From the NCBI RefSeq assembly GCF_004793885.1, contig NZ_SRYG01000006.1, forward strand, positions 1,971-25,970: 24,000 nucleotides of DNA, written 5' to 3'. How positions within the stretch are numbered: the stretch's first letter is position 1; the number at the start of each line of letters is the position of its first letter. The notes beneath the pieces were generated by a model. The model did no database searches. It was given only the letters and a program-made list of their open reading frames with translations, and was not told where the DNA came from. A program made the translations under genes and the position numbers. The DNA is from Dubosiella muris. Its GTDB lineage: Bacteria; Bacillota_I; Bacilli_A; Erysipelotrichales; Erysipelotrichaceae. Positions 6,871 through 14,476 of this stretch are shown here, piece after piece.

Positions 6871-7925
6871 ATGAAACATTTTTACGCAAATTGAGCAATG
6901 CGGACGCGATCGCGTCCAAAGAAACGGAAGTGCGCGACCTGCTCGTGGAAGCCAATCGAGAGCATTGTGATGAAATTCGCTGCGACCATCTCGGAAGCGT
7001 GATTTTTGTGAAAAAAGGGTGTGGAGCCCATCCTTTGAAAATCATGTTTACCGCGCATATGGATGAAGTGGGATTTCGGGTACGGCATATTTCCGACCTT
7101 GGTTTTGTCTATTTAATAAAGACAGGTGGTGTGCTGGACAACTGTCTGGATATGCAAAAAGTCCGGATTACGACGCGATCAGGAAAAAAATTACCAGGCA
7201 TCATGAACTGCCAGCGGGACAAGGCGGGCCATCCAGACGATATTTATGTGGATTTAGGATTTGAAACAAGAGAACAAGCGGAAAAAGCAGGACTTGAAAT
7301 TGGCGATATGGTGACATTTGATACGACGTGCGTGTTGCCCGAAGGCACGGGAACCATCATGGGAAAAGCGATGGATGACCGTACTGGCTGTTATGTCGTC
7401 AGCAAGGTGCTGGAAAAGCTGAAGGACAGGCGGCTGGAAAACGACATCCTCATGTGCGCAACGAGCAGCGAGGAAGTCGGTACGCGCGGAGCGAAGACGG
7501 CGGTATTTCAGGAAGATCCCGACATTGTATTCGCGATTGACGTGGCCAACCACCCGGAGCTGGATCGAAGCTTTAAAAATCACCGCCAGCTTCATAAAGG
7601 ATGCATGATCGAGCATTATGACAAAACGATGGCGCCCAATGACAAGCTTCTGCAATTTGCTAAAGAAACCGCGCGAAAAGCGAACATTTCCTTTCAGGAG
7701 GACATGCTGAGCGGAGGCGGGACGGATTGCGCCCAGGCGCATCTGATTGGCAATGGAAAGCCGGCTCTGGTTATCGGGATTCCTTTGCGGTATTGTCATG
7801 GACCGGCATCTATTGCCAGTTTGAGCGATATAGACAACGCGGTCGCGTTCGTATGCGAACTCGCCGCTACACTAACAAGAAAGAACTACGAACAGTTTCT
7901 ACAGTTTACAGGAGGTATGAAATGA
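6867..7925 (+). CDS. M42 family metallopeptidase (FrvX/YpdE/CelM-like aminopeptidase)
   Basis: 352 aa. Motifs are AHMDEVGF, MGKAMDDRTG and SSEEVGTRGA. GGAGG lies upstream. The start overlaps the regulator stop (ATGA). Confidence 0.85.
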   Translation: MNETFLRKLSNADAIASKETEVRDLLVEANREHCDEIRCDHLGSVIFVKKGCGAHPLKIMFTAHMDEVGFRVRHISDLGFVYLIKTGGVLDNCLDMQKVRITTRSGKKLPGIMNCQRDKAGHPDDIYVDLGFETREQAEKAGLEIGDMVTFDTTCVLPEGTGTIMGKAMDDRTGCYVVSKVLEKLKDRRLENDILMCATSSEEVGTRGAKTAVFQEDPDIVFAIDVANHPELDRSFKNHRQLHKGCMIEHYDKTMAPNDKLLQFAKETARKANISFQEDMLSGGGTDCAQAHLIGNGKPALVIGIPLRYCHGPASIASLSDIDNAVAFVCELAATLTRKNYEQFLQFTGGMK

Positions 7926-8245
7926 CTGAATTGGAACAACAAATCGTAACGATTATTTCTGCGGCGGGTGCCAGTAAAGCGAAAGCTTTCGAAGCGCTCC
8001 GCAAAGTGAAAGAAAGCGATTATGATGGCGCCCGGGCTCTACTTGCTGAATCGAGACAGGCAGATCTGGAAGCGCATAAAGTACAGACCGCACTCATCAC
8101 GGCAGAAATGTCCGGGGAGGAGCGACCGGAAATCGGACTGTTGATGGTCCATGCCCAGGATCACTATATGACGAGCCAGCTGGCCCGGGATTTGGTTGAA
8201 GAATTTATTGAGATTTTTGAAGCAAAAGAAAAAGGAGGAAAATAA
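7922..8245 (+). CDS. PTS lactose/cellobiose-family EIIA component
   Basis: 107 aa starting MTELEQQIV. The VHAQDHYMT histidine motif is present. AGGAGG lies upstream. There is an ATGA overlap with the M42 gene. The ORF-track extension to 7727 is spurious. Confidence 0.85.
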   Translation: MTELEQQIVTIISAAGASKAKAFEALRKVKESDYDGARALLAESRQADLEAHKVQTALITAEMSGEERPEIGLLMVHAQDHYMTSQLARDLVEEFIEIFEAKEKGGK

Positions 8246-8246
8246 G

Positions 8247-8594
8247 ATGAAAATTGTATTGTGCTGTGCAGGTGGATTTTCTACCACTATGTTGATGGAT
8301 AACATGAAGAAAACGGTTCATAATTCTGCGAAATTGAATGATGAGGACTTTGCGTTCAAGGCTGTGCCTGTCGATTTGCTGCCGGCCGAAGTAGAAGACA
8401 CGGATGTGCTTGTCGTGGGGCCGCAAATCGCACACCGTATCGACTACATTCATGAAATGATTGATCCGTATCAAATTCCGCACATCATCGTAGACCAGGA
8501 TGTGTATGGAAAAATGGATGGCGCCACGGTTATGAAGCAGGTTCTGATCGCCCGCCGAAAAGCGGATCTGGCAAAAGCAAATAAGAAATCGTAA
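8247..8594 (+). CDS. PTS lactose/cellobiose-family EIIB component
   Basis: 115 aa starting MKIVLCCAGGFSTTML, which includes the active-site Cys motif. AAAGGAGG lies upstream of the ATG at 8247. Confidence 0.85.
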   Translation: MKIVLCCAGGFSTTMLMDNMKKTVHNSAKLNDEDFAFKAVPVDLLPAEVEDTDVLVVGPQIAHRIDYIHEMIDPYQIPHIIVDQDVYGKMDGATVMKQVLIARRKADLAKANKKS

Positions 8595-8618
8595 AAGTGA
8601 AGGGACAAGATAAAAGTT

Positions 8619-9944
8619 ATGATGAATAAATTCGAAACGTTCATGTCCAAATATTTGACGCCAATCGCCAATAAAATGGATCAGAACCGTTATTTGAGCG
8701 CGATCAAAAAAGCGATGGTCGCGATGACTCCGATTCTTTTGATCGGTAGTTTCTGTTTGATTCCGGAAGCGATTCCGAACATGATCGGTCCCAACAATCC
8801 AATATCCCAGTGGATCACGACCAATCTGGACATTATCTACATTCCTTACAATGTAGGAATGGCGCTTCTCTCGCTTTATGTGACGGCGGTTATCGCCTAC
8901 CATTTAGGAAAACATTACAAACTGGACATTCCCGGCGTTCTCTGCATGGCGATTATCGCTTTCTTGATGATGGGTGTTGACTATGGAGAAGACGGTGGAA
9001 TCAAATCCACTTATCTGGGGCCGAAAGGCTTGTTCGCGGCGATGTTTGCTTCCATTATCGCAGTGGAATTGTTCCGCTGGTGCAAGAAGAAAAACTTTAC
9101 GATTAAGATGCCGGAGTCGGTGCCGGATTTCGTATCCCGCTCTTTTGAAATGATTCCGATTAGTGTAATCATTATTGGTTTCTTCCTGATCATCCGAGTT
9201 GTGTGCGTCAATGTGCTGAACACGCTGCCGCCTCTGGTTTTCACGAATTTGTTCGCGCCTTTGGTCGGCTCCATGGACAACCCGTTTGCGGTTACGTTCT
9301 TGCAGATTTTGCGATGTCTGCTGTTCTTCTGTGGTATTCATCCATCGGTGCTTTCACCGATTACGAGCCCGATTTCAACGCAGTTTCTTGCTGAAAATAT
9401 CGAAATGGTCAAAGCCGGCGGCGAAGCGATCCACTTTTTCGCTCCTGGACCGGAATCGGCATTCGGAAACTTTACAGGCACCGGCGTGACGTTTGGTCTT
9501 GTGTTCTGGTGCTTGCTGTCCAAGGCAAAAGCAATGAAACAGGTTGGCCGCATCTCGCTGATTCCGGCGTTGTTTGGAATCAATGAGCCAATCTTGTTTG
9601 GCGCGCCGGTCGTATTGAACCCGATTTTCGCGATCCCATATGTAATCTGTGGTGGAATTATCGGCTCTATTCCGTACTGGATGATGTACTTTGGCTGGCT
9701 AAAGTGTTCCACTTTCACGCCACCATATGTTGGCGTTTTCCTGGAAGGATATTTGACGAACTTTGACTACATGTCTTTGGTTGCAAACGGAATCCAGCTA
9801 GTTCTGTCCATCTTGATATGGTATCCGTTCTTTAAAATTTATGAGAATCGTGAACTGCTGGCGGAAAAAGAAAAAGAGGAAAAACAAGATATTTTCAGTG
9901 CCGAAGATCAGGCTCTACTGGATGATTTACATCTTGATTTCTAA
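8619..9944 (+). CDS. PTS lactose/cellobiose-family EIIC permease
   Basis: 441 aa and polytopic-hydrophobic. Its N-terminus resembles ChbC/LicC (FMSKYLTPIANKMDQNRYLSAIKKAM). The start could instead be 8622. Confidence 0.85.
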   Translation: MMNKFETFMSKYLTPIANKMDQNRYLSAIKKAMVAMTPILLIGSFCLIPEAIPNMIGPNNPISQWITTNLDIIYIPYNVGMALLSLYVTAVIAYHLGKHYKLDIPGVLCMAIIAFLMMGVDYGEDGGIKSTYLGPKGLFAAMFASIIAVELFRWCKKKNFTIKMPESVPDFVSRSFEMIPISVIIIGFFLIIRVVCVNVLNTLPPLVFTNLFAPLVGSMDNPFAVTFLQILRCLLFFCGIHPSVLSPITSPISTQFLAENIEMVKAGGEAIHFFAPGPESAFGNFTGTGVTFGLVFWCLLSKAKAMKQVGRISLIPALFGINEPILFGAPVVLNPIFAIPYVICGGIIGSIPYWMMYFGWLKCSTFTPPYVGVFLEGYLTNFDYMSLVANGIQLVLSILIWYPFFKIYENRELLAEKEKEEKQDIFSAEDQALLDDLHLDF

Positions 9945-9951
9945 TGATTTC

Positions 9952-9980
9952 AAAGGGCAGGATTTTCTTGCCCTTTCTTT
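9952..9980 (+). terminator. Intra-operon hairpin (possible partial terminator or processing site) between EIIC and the M24 peptidase gene
   Basis: AAAGGGCA (9952-9959) pairs with TGCCCTTT (9969-9976), followed by CTTT. The GGAGGG RBS of the next gene follows immediately. Confidence 0.45.
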
Positions 9981-9989
9981 GGAGGGACA

Positions 9990-11072
9990 ATGGCGAAACA
10001 TATTGAAAACATTCGAAAAGAGTTAGGAAGGCACCGCGCCGACGCAATTTATCTCAAAAGCAAGACGATGAAAAAATATTTGGATACGATGACCGGGAGC
10101 GGTTGTCAAATCCTGATTGCGAAAGAGAAAGGTTATTTGCTGCTGGATGGCCGGTATGTGGAAGAAGCAAGACAAAAGGAACGGGATTTGGAAATTATTC
10201 TAACCGAAAATATAAAAGAGGAAATAAGCCGGATCATGAAAGAAAACGACTGGCATTGCCTGGCCGTGGAAAACAGCGAAACCTCTGTCAGTGCATATAA
10301 AGATTTCAAAGAAAAAGGGTTAGATGTGATTTTACTGGATGAGGAACTCGGACAAATGCGAATTGTCAAGGACGAAGAGGAAATCCGGCGCATTCAGGAA
10401 GCTGTCGATCGAACCGATTGGATTTTTGAACAAGTCAAAGCGAAAATCAAGGCAGGGATGACGGAGAATGAGGTTTCCGCCTGGCTGCAATACTACGCGA
10501 TCGCCAGTGGCGCCCAGCAGATGGCGTTCGACACCATTGTGTCGTCCGGAGAGCGGACCGCCCTGCCGCATGGCCGGCCGACGAATCGCAAGATCAGGCC
10601 CCATGAGCCGATCCTGATTGATTTTGGAATCCAATACAACAACTATCAGTCGGATATGACACGGATGCTCTTTATCGGGGAACCGTCTTCAGAAATGAAA
10701 AAAATTTATCATACGGTTCTGGTCGCGCAGACCACGGCGCTGGCCGCGATAGAAGAAGGAAAGACTGGACAGGAAATAGACGCGGTGGCCCGGAAAATCA
10801 TTACGGACGCCGGATATGGCGCGTATTTCGGTCATGGGCTCGGGCATGGAATCGGAATCGGGGATGGCAGCGAGCTGCCGCGGCTGAATCCAAAATCGGA
10901 TACCGTTTTGAAAGAAGGCATGCTGATGTCCTGCGAACCCGGCATTTATGTGCCGGGCGTCGGGGGTGTCCGCATTGAGGACGATGTCCTGATTCGCGAC
11001 GGGAAAGGCGTGGCCTTGAATCGTACTCCGAAAGAGATGTGCATTTTGCAGGAGGAAACACATGAACTATGA
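9990..11072 (+). CDS. M24B family Xaa-Pro aminopeptidase/dipeptidase
   Basis: 360 aa. Metal-ligand motifs are LIDFG, QSDMTR, HGLGHGIG, CEPGIY and VRIEDD. GGAGGG lies upstream. Confidence 0.85.
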   Translation: MAKHIENIRKELGRHRADAIYLKSKTMKKYLDTMTGSGCQILIAKEKGYLLLDGRYVEEARQKERDLEIILTENIKEEISRIMKENDWHCLAVENSETSVSAYKDFKEKGLDVILLDEELGQMRIVKDEEEIRRIQEAVDRTDWIFEQVKAKIKAGMTENEVSAWLQYYAIASGAQQMAFDTIVSSGERTALPHGRPTNRKIRPHEPILIDFGIQYNNYQSDMTRMLFIGEPSSEMKKIYHTVLVAQTTALAAIEEGKTGQEIDAVARKIITDAGYGAYFGHGLGHGIGIGDGSELPRLNPKSDTVLKEGMLMSCEPGIYVPGVGGVRIEDDVLIRDGKGVALNRTPKEMCILQEETHEL

Positions 11073-12273
11073 TTTTAATGAAGTAATCAATCGGAAAGGA
11101 ACGTATTGTACGCAATGGGATTATGTACAAGATCGCTTTGGGGAAAAAGACTTGCTGCCCTTTACGATTTCGGATACGGATTTTAAGATTCCGGTTCCGA
11201 TTACTGAAAAGATAAAAGAAGTGGCCGCGCATGAAATTTATGGGTACACGCGCTGGAACCATGCGGATTTTAAGAACAGTATTGCCGGGCATTACGGTCG
11301 AAGATTCAACACGCCAATTCAAAAGGAATGGATTTTATACAGTCCATCCGTCATGTATTCGGTCAGCTTGCTGATTCGGCTTTTAAGCGAGGAAGGAGAC
11401 GGCGTCTTGACGTTCGATCCGATGTATGACGCTTTTATGAATGTGATTGAACAAAATCACCGGAAGCTGATTGGCCATTCGCTCAACGCGGAAGAAGGAT
11501 GGTCGATTGATTTTGAACGGCTGGATAAAGAACTGGAGAGCGCTTCGATTCTTTTGCTTTGCTCGCCACACAATCCGACAGGCCGGGTTTGGACGAAAGA
11601 GGAAATGGATCAAATCGTGCGTTTGTGTAAAAAGCACCGCGTCAAAATCATTTCGGATGAAATTCATATGGACATCCATTTGCAGGGGGAGGCGCCGATT
11701 CCTTTGCTGCGATATATCGGCGAATATGACGGATTGTATACCGCCTCGGCCGCTTCGAAAATTTTCAATGTGCCCGGGTTGATTGGATCTTACGTTATGA
11801 TTCCGGATGAAGCCATTCGAAACGCGTTTTTGCATCAGACGCGCACGATGGATTTTCTAAATTCCGCCAGTATTTTCGGCATGCATGCGATCATGACCGG
11901 ATATAACGAATGTGACGACTACATTGACCAGTTGTCGGCGTACGTGTTCGAAAATATGAAATTTGTCCACGATTTCCTTGCGAGTCAGCTCCCGGATTTT
12001 CAGTTTGCAATTCCTCAGGCGACTTATTTGGCCTGGATCGACGTTTCCAATGTGCCGTTTGGGGCAAAAGAGATGCAGGAAGCGCTGGTAAAGGTTGGAA
12101 ACGTGGCGGTTATGAATGGCGAAGTGTATGGAAAGAATGGCAAAGGGTATTTACGGTTGAATTGCGGATGCCCGCGGACCAAGCTGGAAGAAGGGTTGCG
12201 ACGGGTGAAAATCGCGATGGATTCTTTGTACGACGCGAAACGAAAGGAGAACGCGGATGAAAAAACTGTTTAG
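11062..12273 (+). CDS. MalY/PatB-type PLP-dependent C-S beta-lyase (aminotransferase class I/II fold)
   Basis: 403 aa. The N-terminal RKGTYCTQWDY motif is typical of PatB/MalY. The PLP-lysine motif SAASKIFNVPGL is present. AGGAGGAA lies upstream. It overlaps the M24 gene by 11 nt. Confidence 0.8.
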   Translation: MNYDFNEVINRKGTYCTQWDYVQDRFGEKDLLPFTISDTDFKIPVPITEKIKEVAAHEIYGYTRWNHADFKNSIAGHYGRRFNTPIQKEWILYSPSVMYSVSLLIRLLSEEGDGVLTFDPMYDAFMNVIEQNHRKLIGHSLNAEEGWSIDFERLDKELESASILLLCSPHNPTGRVWTKEEMDQIVRLCKKHRVKIISDEIHMDIHLQGEAPIPLLRYIGEYDGLYTASAASKIFNVPGLIGSYVMIPDEAIRNAFLHQTRTMDFLNSASIFGMHAIMTGYNECDDYIDQLSAYVFENMKFVHDFLASQLPDFQFAIPQATYLAWIDVSNVPFGAKEMQEALVKVGNVAVMNGEVYGKNGKGYLRLNCGCPRTKLEEGLRRVKIAMDSLYDAKRKENADEKTV

Positions 12274-12838
12274 CTGGGTCGACCAGACGCCCAACAAAGT
12301 GAACACGACCGCGCGTTTGTACGCGTATTTGATTGACTGGGTGGTTGGTGGCGTGGTTTGCGCTTTTCCGGCCGTTCTTCTTTATGGATTGATTACACGG
12401 CGCAGCGATGTGTTTACGGATCTCTATGTGTTTCCGGCACTGGGGTACAGCCCGTTCTGGTCTTATCTTGGCGGTTTTCTATGTATTGTGGCAGCCATTG
12501 TTTATTTTGTTTATATTCCGTATAAAAAGTACGAGGGCCAGACGTTGGGCAAGAAAATCATGAAAATTAAAATCGTGAATAAAGATGGAAGCCGTGTCTG
12601 TTTGCGATCTTTGTTCGTTCGCCAGTGTATTGGTTTGATGATTGTGGAAAGCGGTGCGGTTGTGGTGGGTGGTTATTTTCGGCAAATGGCTACTTTGGCG
12701 CTTTCCTACAATGTGGATTCCTGGTGGCAAATGGCGGGGTCGATTTTGATCGTCCTGTCCGCGCTGCTGGTCGCTGTCACGCTCAGTCACCGCGCTTTGC
12801 ACGACTATTTGGCCAACACGAAAGTGGTGCCGGCTTAA
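12257..12838 (+). CDS. RDD-family membrane protein
   Basis: 193 aa. The RDD-like N-terminus is RLYAYLIDWVVGG, and several hydrophobic segments follow. AAGGAG lies upstream. It overlaps the lyase gene by 17 nt. Confidence 0.65.
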   Translation: MKKLFSWVDQTPNKVNTTARLYAYLIDWVVGGVVCAFPAVLLYGLITRRSDVFTDLYVFPALGYSPFWSYLGGFLCIVAAIVYFVYIPYKKYEGQTLGKKIMKIKIVNKDGSRVCLRSLFVRQCIGLMIVESGAVVVGGYFRQMATLALSYNVDSWWQMAGSILIVLSALLVAVTLSHRALHDYLANTKVVPA

Positions 12839-12841
12839 AGG

Positions 12842-12880
12842 AAAAAGATTCCCGGAAGACAATTTTCGGGAATCTTTTTT
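12842..12880. terminator. Bidirectional rho-independent terminator (end of the PTS operon and of the convergent Schlafen-like gene)
   Basis: AAAAAGATTCCCG (12842-12854) pairs with CGGGAATCTTTTT (12867-12879). It is flanked by an A-tract and a T-tract. Confidence 0.8.
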
Positions 12881-12909
12881 ATAGGGCATGGATTTTGATT
12901 TGGCGGTCT

Positions 12910-14166
12910 TTATTTTTTGAAGATCCTGTATTTTGTATTCATGCCGGAACCGTTTTTTTGAATCAATCCTTTAGAGGACAACGAATGCAGAAGGCGAACG
13001 GTTTTCGCTTTGCTGAAGCCGGTCCGCTCTTCCAGCTGCGCTCTCGACAACAAAGTCGAAGAAGACAAGTTGCTTAATATCGTCTTTTCATCGGCTGAAG
13101 TCTCGATGACCGTATCCGACACGGGAAGAACAACGGTGATGGAATTGTCGTAGATTTTAAATTCCGGACTGGCTTGATAGGGGTCATAGGCTTTCTTGAC
13201 CCTTTTGATTCCGGAGCCAAACATTTCAATGTACGCGAGTCTGAAAAAGATATTTCCTAAAATTGGATTTCGCAAAAAACTGATTTGTCCATCCAGATAT
13301 TCCGCTTCGCTGATGCCGGCCGGCAATCCGCCAGGCGACGTGATTTCTATTTTGTCTTGATCCATCGAAATCCTGATTCTTGTTTGGATGTCCCATGTCC
13401 GATGGACCAAGGCGTTTGCGAGCGCTTCGCGAAACGCTTCCTTTGGAATCATTTCTTTTTGGACGCGTTGGCTCCCTTCGATTTTTTCATAACAATAATA
13501 TTTCCGGTACATTTCCATCGCTTGATGGTACATACAGAAAACGGACATATGATCATAGGTTTGACGTTCCATGAGTTCGTTGATATTCCGCCCGTATCGT
13601 ACGAGATCCACGCCTGGAAACCGGTTTTCATCCGCGACAAGAGCCGCGGCGTGATTATAGGTGTTTTTATCCATCAACCCTAATGTTTTCAAAATGTCCG
13701 GTGTTATCGTTTCGACGCCTTTCTTTTGAAAAAATTCTTTTCCAAGTTGAGAGAAAGTCAAATCTTGTATAGATGAAGGCTGTTCTTCGTAGGTTTGATT
13801 CGAACCTTCCAGAATCAGGCGGTTTAGCTCAAGACGATCCACTTCGATCGTTGCCGAATCGTTTCTTTTATACGTTTTTCCTTTATAAAAATAAGGGGTG
13901 TAAGGACCTTTCAAGATGTTCAGGGTTATGGTTTGATCTTCGTTTATATCTAAAGTGTAGGAAGGGAGCGGCTTGATCGCATCGTTGATTTTGTTTTCCA
14001 AACGCAAACAGGCGTCAACCGGATGCTCGATTCCCGGAACCGTGCCATCGTCACGGATCCCAAAAATGATTTTTCCATCGCCAAAATTTGCGTAAGCTGA
14101 TATTGTTTTTAAAAATGAATTTGTATCGACGGTTTCTTTCAATTCCAGATTCCTGCTTTCGCGCAT
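12910..14166 (-). CDS. Schlafen/AlbA_2-domain protein with an HATPase_c_4-like middle domain and a C-terminal winged HTH (COG2865-type putative regulator)
   Basis: 418 aa counted from the ATG at 14166, which is preceded by AAAGAGGTGAT. The N-terminus is ESRNLELKE...AYANFGDGKIIFGI. The middle region is EALANALVHRTW...ITSPGGLP. The C-terminus is LSRAQLEERTGFSKAKTVRLLHSLSSKGLI. Confidence 0.75.
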   Translation of the reverse strand: MRESRNLELKETVDTNSFLKTISAYANFGDGKIIFGIRDDGTVPGIEHPVDACLRLENKINDAIKPLPSYTLDINEDQTITLNILKGPYTPYFYKGKTYKRNDSATIEVDRLELNRLILEGSNQTYEEQPSSIQDLTFSQLGKEFFQKKGVETITPDILKTLGLMDKNTYNHAAALVADENRFPGVDLVRYGRNINELMERQTYDHMSVFCMYHQAMEMYRKYYCYEKIEGSQRVQKEMIPKEAFREALANALVHRTWDIQTRIRISMDQDKIEITSPGGLPAGISEAEYLDGQISFLRNPILGNIFFRLAYIEMFGSGIKRVKKAYDPYQASPEFKIYDNSITVVLPVSDTVIETSADEKTILSNLSSSTLLSRAQLEERTGFSKAKTVRLLHSLSSKGLIQKNGSGMNTKYRIFKK

Positions 14167-14186
14167 TGTGATCACCTCTTTTTGAT

Positions 14187-14215
14187 ATTGTATATCGAAT
14201 CGAGTTGGTGTGCAA
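14187..14215 (-). promoter_or_regulatory. Sigma-A-type promoter of the Schlafen-like gene
   Basis: Read on the minus strand: TTGCAC (14215-14210), 17 nt, TACAAT (14192-14187). Confidence 0.6.
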
Positions 14216-14225
14216 CGAGAGCTTC

Positions 14226-14276
14226 CTCGACTCAAAAATTTATGAGTCGAGAGCTTTATCGACTCAAGTCGACTCG
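14226..14276. repeat. Cluster of four copies of the heptamer GAGTCGA/TCGACTC, including a 9-bp-stem inverted repeat
   Basis: CTCGACTCA (14226-14234) and TGAGTCGAG (14243-14251) form a perfect inverted repeat. Further copies are TCGACTCA at 14259-14266 and GTCGACTCG at 14268-14276. Confidence 0.7.
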
Positions 14277-14476
14277 TTCGTGCAGTAAAAAGGTTTTACA
14301 GGGGAAAACTTTTCACTTTCCGTAACGACAATCAGCTCGTTTGCCTGGTTGGCGGGCGTATCTGGTCTTTGTTCGTGAACCCCCGCCTTGTCGTCGTAGC
14401 CGTCGACGCCGATAAAAAACTTGTCCACAAGAAAGTGGCTCGCCGTGTCTTTGACAAACGGCCCGACGGCTGTTTT
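14264..14476 (-). pseudogene. Internal/3-prime fragment of a DeoR-family regulator (sugar-binding C-terminal domain) with no start codon
   Basis: My manual minus-strand translation gives [36 protein letters not shown]...ANELIVVTESEKFSPV. This carries the DeoR C-domain signatures VGP, VDKxFxGxDG and VVTxSxKF. A stop lies immediately upstream (14477-14479), and only 13 codons follow the SxKF motif. Confidence 0.6.

Noticed and set aside
8205-8903. A 232-aa minus-strand ORF across the EIIB/EIIC genes. Other antisense ORFs occur in the PTS operon, for example 7254-7799, 8904-9341 and 11383-11835.
   Set aside because: They are antisense to strongly supported PTS and peptidase genes. They have no motifs and no translation signals.
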